64,000 nucleotides of DNA from Corallococcus exiguus. GTDB taxonomy: Bacteria; Myxococcota; Myxococcia; Myxococcales; Myxococcaceae. The stretch lies in the NCBI RefSeq assembly GCF_051058965.1, contig NZ_CP183924.1, one strand, 5' to 3'. The translations under genes and the position numbers were made by a program. Below are positions 57,586 through 64,000 of the stretch, piece after piece. The first letter of the stretch is position 1. Every line of letters begins with the position of its first letter. The notes beneath the pieces are model-generated. The model was not told the origin of the DNA. It saw only the letters and a list, made by a program, of their open reading frames with translations, and made no database searches.

Positions 57586-58078
57586 AGACCTCATCACCGG
57601 CGACCCCACCGTGAAGGCGGTGCTGGAGTCCCTGGAGCGGCTGCCCACGCCCGAGCCCGAGAAGGTGGAGGCGCTGCGCAGACGCCTCGCCGCCACCCAG
57701 GGCCCGGCCACAAGCCCCGCGTGGCCCCCGTTCCTGGAGGGCGCGCGGATGAAGCGCGACGCGCGCTACGCGGACCCACCTTCGTCCCACCGGCCCGTGG
57801 TGGGGCCCGCGCTGGTGATGGCCAAGCGCGCCTTCCGGCTGGCGTTCCAGCCCTTCATCAACGAGGCGCTCCGGCGGCAGGTGGAGTTCAACGAGGCCAT
57901 CCTGGACGCGCTCGCGCTCATCCACGAGCACCAGCGGGTCCAGGCGCGCACGCAGTCCCTGTGGCGTCAGGAGGTGGAGCGCCAGCTGGAGCAGCTGACG
58001 TCGCGCCAGCCTGCCGCGACGCCGGAGCCGTCGCAGGAGCCGTCGCGCCGTGGGCCCTCGCGGCGACGGGGCCGCTAG
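57575..58078 (+). CDS. hypothetical protein
   Basis: 167-aa ORF with good GC3. Start overlaps the GT4 stop. No known domain. Confidence 0.45.
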   Translation: MRAEDLITGDPTVKAVLESLERLPTPEPEKVEALRRRLAATQGPATSPAWPPFLEGARMKRDARYADPPSSHRPVVGPALVMAKRAFRLAFQPFINEALRRQVEFNEAILDALALIHEHQRVQARTQSLWRQEVERQLEQLTSRQPAATPEPSQEPSRRGPSRRRGR

Positions 58079-58142
58079 CCGGCCTGGAACCCTGGCGGAC
58101 ACGTGACGGGGGACGCGCGGAAGCGGTAGGGTGCCGCCCCCT

Positions 58143-59054
58143 ATGTCCGCCCCCTCCTGTCCCGCCTGCGCTTCGTCCTCGCTCCGACCGTCCTTCCAGG
58201 GCCCCCGGCTGGACGTGGAGACCTGCGCGAGCTGTGGCCACCGCGTGGCGACCCACCGCGCGCCGCGCAACACCGCCGACTACCACGCGCAATACGACAG
58301 CGGCGGCTTCATGGACTCGCTGCGCGTCACGCGCCAGCGCCAGGCCCGGAGCATCGTCGAGCGCCTGCGCCGCCACATCCCCCAGCCCTCGCGGCTCCTG
58401 GACTTCGGTGCGGGCCGGGGCTGGTTCCTGGAGGGCTGCCGCGAGGCGGGCGTCCAGGAGCTGGCCGGCGCGGACATCTCCGAGCTGTCCGTCAACCTGA
58501 TGCGCGACGCGGGCATCCCCGCCATGCGCCTGCCCCTTCCGGAGGGCGGACAGTGGCACCTGCCCCTCCAGGACCTGCCCTTCCGTCCACGCATCCTCAC
58601 GCTACTGGACGTCGTGGAGCACTTCCCGGGTGCGCACCTGACGGACATGGTGCGCCACCTCGTCACACAGCTGGCGCCCGAGCTGGAGTGGGTGGTGCTG
58701 AAGGTGCCGGTGGCCAGCGGCCTGCTCTACCGCGTCTCCCGTGCCATGGCCGGCGTGGCCTCGTCGGGGCTGCTGGAGCAGCTCTACCAGGCCGGCACCT
58801 TTCCTCCGCACGAGAGCTACTTCACCCACGACTCCATGGAGGCCCTGCTCCCGCGCGTGGGGCTGGAGCGCGTGGACGCCTTCGGGGACCTGGACTTCGA
58901 GGCCGACAGCCTGGCGGACAGGGCGCATGCCCTGCGGAAGCTCCCAAGGCCGCTCGTCTCCCTGGCGGGCCAGGGGCTCGGCGCCGTGGCCCGGGGCCTG
59001 AGCCTGGAGGACGCGGGTATCTTCATCGCTCGCGTGAGCGGGAACCGGGCGTAG
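58143..59054 (+). CDS. class I SAM-dependent methyltransferase with N-terminal zinc-ribbon
   Basis: CPACASS...CASCGH is a zinc-ribbon. LLDFGAGRGWF is SAM-binding motif I. 303 aa. Confidence 0.7.
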   Translation: MSAPSCPACASSSLRPSFQGPRLDVETCASCGHRVATHRAPRNTADYHAQYDSGGFMDSLRVTRQRQARSIVERLRRHIPQPSRLLDFGAGRGWFLEGCREAGVQELAGADISELSVNLMRDAGIPAMRLPLPEGGQWHLPLQDLPFRPRILTLLDVVEHFPGAHLTDMVRHLVTQLAPELEWVVLKVPVASGLLYRVSRAMAGVASSGLLEQLYQAGTFPPHESYFTHDSMEALLPRVGLERVDAFGDLDFEADSLADRAHALRKLPRPLVSLAGQGLGAVARGLSLEDAGIFIARVSGNRA

Positions 59055-59113
59055 CGGGTTGTTCCGGCGTGCCGGGTAACGGTAGAAGCCCGGAAGACGC
59101 AGGAGGGGGCTGA

Positions 59114-59812
59114 ATGGACACCCGACAGGGCCTCATCGTGTTGCTGGCCTTCAACGAGGAGGAGTGCATCGGCTCGACGGTGGCGGAGCTGCGCGAGGCG
59201 CTGCCTGAGTTCGACGTGCTCGTCGTGGACGACGGCTCACGCGACGCCACGGCGCAGCGCGCGCGGGACTGCGGAGCGAGGGTGCTCAGCCATCCCTTCA
59301 ACCTGGGCGTCGCCGCGGGCGAGGCCAGCGGCCTGCTGTTCGCGTCCCGCAACGGGTACGAGCACGTCATCCGCATGGACGGCGACGGGCAGCATGACCC
59401 GGCGTCCGTGCCCGCGCTGCGCGAGGCGCTCCAGTCGGGCGTGGAGCTGGTCATCGGCAGCCGCTTCGCGGGCGTCACCAGCTTCCGCTCCACGTGGCTG
59501 CGCCGCTTCGGCAACCAGTTCCTGGCGAGCCTCCTGTCCACGCTGAGCCACCACCGCATCACCGACCCCACCTCCGGCTTCCGGGGCTTCGGTCCGCAGG
59601 CGATCCGCTTCTTCGCGCGCGTCCACCCGCACGACTACCCGGAGCCGGAGAGCGTGCTGATGGCGGCACGGCAGGGCTTCGCCATCGCGGAGGTGCCGGT
59701 GCGCATGCGCCCGCGCCTCACCGGCACCAGCTCGCTGACGCCGTGGAAGTCGGCCTTCTACATGGCGAAGGTGTCCTTCGCCCTGCTCATGGAGCGGGTC
59801 CGTCCCGTCTGA
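59114..59812 (+). CDS. family 2 glycosyltransferase (DPM1/polyprenol-phosphate glycosyltransferase-like)
   Basis: DD and DGDGQHDP (DxD region) motifs. 232 aa. Confidence 0.8.
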   Translation: MDTRQGLIVLLAFNEEECIGSTVAELREALPEFDVLVVDDGSRDATAQRARDCGARVLSHPFNLGVAAGEASGLLFASRNGYEHVIRMDGDGQHDPASVPALREALQSGVELVIGSRFAGVTSFRSTWLRRFGNQFLASLLSTLSHHRITDPTSGFRGFGPQAIRFFARVHPHDYPEPESVLMAARQGFAIAEVPVRMRPRLTGTSSLTPWKSAFYMAKVSFALLMERVRPV

Positions 59813-60228
59813 TGCCCATGCTTCGCTCCAGCCTCATCGGCGTGGCCTTCGCGGCCGCCTTCGCCTTCAGCGTCCTGTGGTCGGCCCGGGGCCGGCGCAC
59901 CAGCGAGCGGCACACCTTCGCGTGGCTGCTGGTGGCGGTGGCCATCGCGGGCCTGTCGCTGTGGCGCCAGGGCATCGACGCGCTGGCGACGGCCATGGGC
60001 ATCTACTACGCCCCGTCCGCCCTCTTCTTCATCGCCCTGACGTGCCTCATGTGGCTGGTGTACCGGCTGAGCCTCCAGGTGGCCGACCAGCGCCAGCAGC
60101 TCAAGCGGCTGGCCCAGGAGGTCGCCCTGCTCACCTCCGCGGAGGCCGAGCGCGCCGCGCGTGCGCAGCCCCGTCCTGAAGTCATCTCCCCCGCCGTCGC
60201 CGCCCATCGCGACTCGCACGCCGTCTGA
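59812..60228 (+). CDS. DUF2304-family small membrane protein
   Basis: ATG overlaps the GT2 stop (TGATG). Three TM helices in 138 aa. Typical partner of DPM1-like GT2 and DUF2142. Confidence 0.6.
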   Translation: MPMLRSSLIGVAFAAAFAFSVLWSARGRRTSERHTFAWLLVAVAIAGLSLWRQGIDALATAMGIYYAPSALFFIALTCLMWLVYRLSLQVADQRQQLKRLAQEVALLTSAEAERAARAQPRPEVISPAVAAHRDSHAV

Positions 60229-60254
60229 GGGCCCACCGGGCCCATCCCTTCTCC

Positions 60255-61652
60255 ATGCTTCCGTCTTCACCGCCCCCGTCTCCGCTGCGTCCGTTCTTCA
60301 TCGCGCCCGTCGTGGCCTTCCTCGTCGTGGCCGCCGTGCTGGGCGCGGTGCTGAGCTTCCTCACCCCGCCGTTCCAGGTGGCGGACGAGCCCGCGCACTT
60401 CTACCGCGCGTACCAGGTCTCCGAAGGACAGCTGACGGCCACGCGCATCCCGGTGGGGGACGCGGGCGGGCAGCTTCCGCGCAGCATCGTGCGGGTGGCG
60501 CAGGAGGTGTCCGACGGCGTGGGCGGCCATCCCGAGGTGCGCCAGGACCGGCAGCGCCTGAGCGACGCGATGCACGCGGCGCTGGCGCCCCAGGACACCC
60601 AGGAGTGGCGCTTCGCCGCGTCCGCCATCTACTTCCCGCTGGTCTACTTCCCGCAGTCGTTGGGCATGGTGCCCGCGCGGCTGTTGGAGGCGTCCCCGGT
60701 GGCGGTGCTGTGGGCGGGCCGGCTGGGCAACGTGCTGGTGGCGCTGTTGCTCACCGCGCTGGCGCTGCGGCTGATGCCCTTCCAGCGGTGGGCCTTCGCG
60801 CTGCTGGCGCTCACGCCCATGGTGCTCTTCCAGCGCGCGTCGGTGTCCGCGGACCCCATCACGATGTCAGCGTGCCTGCTGCTGGTAGCGCTGTCGCTGC
60901 ACTACACCTTCGCGCACCCGGGGCCGCTGGGCGCGAAGCAGTTGGGGCTGCTGCTGGCGAGCGCGGTGTTCGTGGCGCTGTGCAAGCAGGCCTACCTGCC
61001 GCTGTCGCTGGTGTTCCTGCTGCTGCCGCTCACCCGGCTGGGGACGCGCGGCCGCTACGCCCTGGCCCTGGCCGCCATCGTCGCCGTGCCCGCGCTGCTC
61101 CAGTTCGCGTGGTCCTCCACCGTGCGGGACATCTTCCGCCCCAGCGAGGTGGTGGCGCAGGTGGCCCACATCCGCGCGCACCCCTTCCAGGTGCTGGGCG
61201 TGCTGGTGAGTGACTTCTGGAGGCGGCTGCCGGACTTCCTGCATCAGGGCGGCGGCGTGCTGGGCTGGCTGGACACGCCAGTGCCCCGCCCTGCCCTCTT
61301 CGCCCTGGCCGCGTTGCTCTTGGGAGTGATGGTGCTGGACGCTGACGGGGCCGCGCCGAAGGTGGGCTGGCGCGAGCGCGCGGTGGCGCTGGGAGTGGCG
61401 GTGGCGGGCGTGCTGGCCATCCAGGCCATGCTGTACCTGGCGTGGACGGCGCCGGGCGCGAACCACGTGGACGGAGTGCAGGGCCGCTACCTGCTGCCCT
61501 ACACGCCGCTGCTGGTGGTGGCGCTGGCCCCGCCCGCCTGGGCACCGCGCACGCTGACGCGCTTCAAGCCGGTGCTCATCGCCTGCTTCATCCTGCTCAC
61601 CGCGGCGGTGACGCTCACCACGGTGTACCAGCGCTACTACGGCCCGGCGTAG
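60255..61652 (+). CDS. DUF2142-family polytopic membrane protein (putative polyprenol-dependent glycosyltransferase)
   Basis: 465 aa, ~11 TM segments. N-terminal periplasmic loop with conserved acidic residues (QVADEPAHFYRAYQVSEG) is typical of DUF2142/GT-C-like proteins. Confidence 0.65.
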   Translation: MLPSSPPPSPLRPFFIAPVVAFLVVAAVLGAVLSFLTPPFQVADEPAHFYRAYQVSEGQLTATRIPVGDAGGQLPRSIVRVAQEVSDGVGGHPEVRQDRQRLSDAMHAALAPQDTQEWRFAASAIYFPLVYFPQSLGMVPARLLEASPVAVLWAGRLGNVLVALLLTALALRLMPFQRWAFALLALTPMVLFQRASVSADPITMSACLLLVALSLHYTFAHPGPLGAKQLGLLLASAVFVALCKQAYLPLSLVFLLLPLTRLGTRGRYALALAAIVAVPALLQFAWSSTVRDIFRPSEVVAQVAHIRAHPFQVLGVLVSDFWRRLPDFLHQGGGVLGWLDTPVPRPALFALAALLLGVMVLDADGAAPKVGWRERAVALGVAVAGVLAIQAMLYLAWTAPGANHVDGVQGRYLLPYTPLLVVALAPPAWAPRTLTRFKPVLIACFILLTAAVTLTTVYQRYYGPA

Positions 61653-61715
61653 GGCCTGAAGGCTTCCGCACTTCCAGGAGCCACCCCGCCTCCAGGCAGG
61701 GTGGCTCCGTCCGGT

Positions 61716-63992
61716 TCAGCGCTGAATGGCCGTGGCGCTGGCGTCTTCGCGGGCCGCGCCTCGGGCCGCCGGATTCACCAGGCCGGACAGGAGCCCGTGG
61801 AGTTCCTTGGCCTGGGTCTCGTAGTCGCGCACGGTGGTGCGCTGGGCGTTCGGGGCGCGCGACAGACGCTCCGGGTGGGCCACCAGGTCGCGCAGCACGC
61901 GGCGGAAGCCGTCGGCGTCGGCCATGTCCAGGACGTTGCCGTTGACGCCCTCCACGATGTCCTCGCTGACGCCGCCTGACGCCGTGGTGACCACCCACAC
62001 GTTACGGGCCATGGCCTCGCGCACCGTCAGGCCGAAGCTCTCCTTGCACTGCGAGGGCATCAGCAGCACGTCCACCCCGTCGAAGAAGGCGTCCATCCCG
62101 TCCTGATCATACGGAGGCACCACCTCCACCTTCCCCTTCACCTTCCATTCCTTCGCGTCGATGGAGGCCGACCCCATGCGCAGCTGGATGTCGGTCATCT
62201 TCAGGACCCAGCCGGACTCCGGCACCGACTCCAGGATGTCCTTGAGCCAGAAGTACCCCTTGTGCACCGCGTGGCCGCCCAGGTAGGCGAAGCGCACGGG
62301 GGCGTTGGCGGGGCGCGGGGCGCGCGCACGCGTGGGCAGCAGCACGCCGTTCTTGTTCACGACGATGCGCTCCGGCGCGACGCCGTTGGCGATGTAGAGC
62401 TGGCGCTGGAACTCGCTGGGCGCCATCAGCAGGGCCGCGCCATCCAGCACCTTGCGCAGGGCGAACGTGCGCTTGAAGGTGAAGCGCGAGTCCGGCACGC
62501 ACTTGGTGCACACGCGCAGGTCGATGCCCTTCTGGCCGCAGTACGTGGCGTCCTCGCGGACCATGAACTGCCGCTCGCACAGCCACCACGCGTCGTGCAC
62601 GGTGATGGTGTACGGGATGCCCTCCGCGGCGCACGCCGTGGCGAGCGCGGAGCTCAGGAGCTGGATGGAGTGGAAGTGCACCACGTCCGGGCGCACCGCC
62701 TTGAGCACCTGGGTGAAGGTCTCCCCCATGCGCGGGTTCTGGTACTCCTGGGCGCGGTCGGTGAGGGCCGGCACCTGGGTGGCGATGACCGGCAGGCCCA
62801 GCGCCTCGTAGCGCACCACCGAGTAGGCGGGCAGCGGCGAGTTGAGGATGCCGGTGAACACGGTGACGTCGCAGCCCTCCGCCTTCAGCTGGTGCGCCAG
62901 CTGCTCCGTGACGACGGTCGCCCCACCGAAGCTCAAGGGCGCGAAGAGGATGTTGGCTTCCAGGACCTTGAGGCGCGGAGGCGGCGCGGGCGGCAGGTGC
63001 TGGAGGATGGGCTGGAGCCGCTCCGTGGCCACCACCGCCGGGTGGTAGCGCGCCATCACGCTGCGGTGGGCCTCCTCGCCCATGCGCTTGCGCAGTGACG
63101 CGTCCTGCACCAGCGCGGACAGCCCGGACTCCCACTCCTCACGGGTGGTGGCGACGAAGCCGTTGCGGCCGTGGTCGATGATCTCCCGGAACGGCCCGGA
63201 GCCGGAGCACACCGCGGGCACGCGGAAGATGGACGCCTCGATGAACTTGATGTTGCTCTTGGCGTCGTTGAAGACCGTCGTCTCCAGCGGCGCGATGGAG
63301 ATCTGCCAGGACGCGAGCGCGCGCAGGTAGTCATCCGCGTCCAGGAACGGGATGCGGAAGACACGGTCGGAGAAGCGCTCGAAGCCCGCCGGCAGCTCCA
63401 GGAAGCCGTGGATGGCCAGGCGCACGTTCGGATGGCGCTCCATCACCGCGAGGATGGCGTCCGCGGCGATGGCGAAGTCGGCGTCGTGCGTGCGGGTGCC
63501 GCTGCCGTAACCGATGGTGACCGTGTCCGCGTCCACCGCGGGCGGGCGCGCTTCCATCTCCCGGGCCAGCTCCAGGATGCCGTCGTCCAGGCAGTTCTCG
63601 ACGACGTAGACCTTGCCGGAGATGACGCGGGCCATCTGCTCCGCGATGGTGGGCGTGCTGGCGATGGCGTGCTCACACAGGCTGAGCGCCTTGCGGTAGA
63701 GCTTCGCGCCGTTGAGCAGCAGCTCGCGCTCGTTCTCCGGCAGCCGCTGCACGTTGGTGTTCTTCTGGTACTCCTCCACGTCGAAGATGAGGTCGTCGAC
63801 GTCGAAGAAGTGCGGGACGCCCAGGCGCTTGGTCTCCGCCAGCAGCTCCTCCACGCCAGGGAACGCGGGCACCCGGTAGTAGATGACCAGGCCGTGGAAC
63901 TGGAGCGCGGCCTTGCACTCCTCGTGGTCGTTCCAGCGCAGGACGGTGACGTCGTACCCGAGCCGGTGGAACATGGCGACCTTCTGATCCAC
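61716..63992 (-). CDS. large glycosyltransferase with tandem GT-B (GT1/GT4-like) domains; possibly 5'-partial
   Basis: 758 aa in window. The frame remains open to the window end; the listed start is a GTG at 63992. Two GT-B halves (...FVATTREEWESGLSAL...; ...KESFGLTVREAMARNVWVV...). Confidence 0.7.
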   Translation of the reverse strand: MDQKVAMFHRLGYDVTVLRWNDHEECKAALQFHGLVIYYRVPAFPGVEELLAETKRLGVPHFFDVDDLIFDVEEYQKNTNVQRLPENERELLLNGAKLYRKALSLCEHAIASTPTIAEQMARVISGKVYVVENCLDDGILELAREMEARPPAVDADTVTIGYGSGTRTHDADFAIAADAILAVMERHPNVRLAIHGFLELPAGFERFSDRVFRIPFLDADDYLRALASWQISIAPLETTVFNDAKSNIKFIEASIFRVPAVCSGSGPFREIIDHGRNGFVATTREEWESGLSALVQDASLRKRMGEEAHRSVMARYHPAVVATERLQPILQHLPPAPPPRLKVLEANILFAPLSFGGATVVTEQLAHQLKAEGCDVTVFTGILNSPLPAYSVVRYEALGLPVIATQVPALTDRAQEYQNPRMGETFTQVLKAVRPDVVHFHSIQLLSSALATACAAEGIPYTITVHDAWWLCERQFMVREDATYCGQKGIDLRVCTKCVPDSRFTFKRTFALRKVLDGAALLMAPSEFQRQLYIANGVAPERIVVNKNGVLLPTRARAPRPANAPVRFAYLGGHAVHKGYFWLKDILESVPESGWVLKMTDIQLRMGSASIDAKEWKVKGKVEVVPPYDQDGMDAFFDGVDVLLMPSQCKESFGLTVREAMARNVWVVTTASGGVSEDIVEGVNGNVLDMADADGFRRVLRDLVAHPERLSRAPNAQRTTVRDYETQAKELHGLLSGLVNPAARGAAREDASATAIQR

Positions 63993-64000
63993 GCGGTAGC

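Overview
This is a 64 kb window of high-GC (~70%) myxobacterial-type chromosome, Myxococcus/Corallococcus-like. The evidence for that taxon is GC3-skewed codon usage, a MYXO-CTERM sorting tail, a DUF2378 'M. xanthus paralogous family' protein, many Ser/Thr kinases and lipoproteins, and an rfb operon. The sequence is densely coding on both strands. Many long antisense 'shadow' ORFs in the six-frame track are artefacts of the GC content and were discarded. Recognisable housekeeping and accessory genes, in order: ppc (3' partial at the window edge), a secreted M6/InhA-like metalloprotease, a PAS-GAF histidine kinase, mltG, a LysR regulator, a YeiH-like membrane protein, map, a truncated LysR remnant, a large DEAD/DEAH helicase, a DUF4142 lipoprotein, a Ser/Thr kinase followed by two secreted proteins, a Pat-like acyl-CoA synthetase/GNAT acetyltransferase, a divergent NmrA/LysR pair, a DUF2378 protein, an MnmC-like methyltransferase, a Kelch/HYR surface protein with MYXO-CTERM, an OmpA/thrombospondin-type-3-repeat protein, a HAD hydrolase, maa, tetR, a transglutaminase-like protein, a Cho/UvrC-like GIY-YIG nuclease, tgt, an ABC-F ATPase, a pseudokinase, a class-C-like serine hydrolase, GST, an HxlR regulator, two small lipoproteins (one with a cytochrome-P460-like CXXCH), a YihY membrane protein, and an rfbBDAC dTDP-rhamnose operon followed by a glycosyltransferase/methyltransferase/GT2-DUF2304-DUF2142 glycan cluster. 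The most striking feature is a ~3.1 kb low-GC (~50%) island at ~41.25-44.37 kb with A-ending codon usage that is foreign to the host. It carries a single 534-aa ORF fusing an XRE-type HTH, a deoxynucleoside kinase (Walker A, ERS and Arg-rich lid motifs) and a DNPH1/Rcl-like 2'-deoxynucleoside 5'-phosphate N-hydrolase domain (S-x-G-x-x-YELG-x-A...KP-I motif). It is followed by a 314-aa protein with two N-terminal transmembrane helices. This two-gene module is a candidate undescribed deoxynucleotide-targeting defence or salvage system. A second candidate is a translationally coupled three-gene cassette at 25.76-28.47 kb. Its central Cys-rich lipoprotein carries a PD-(D/E)xK nuclease signature and is flanked by two uncharacterised cytoplasmic proteins, which resembles a SitA-like polymorphic lipoprotein toxin/immunity module. 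No tRNA, rRNA, CRISPR array or transposase was recognised. Start-codon coordinates are approximate to within a few nucleotides.
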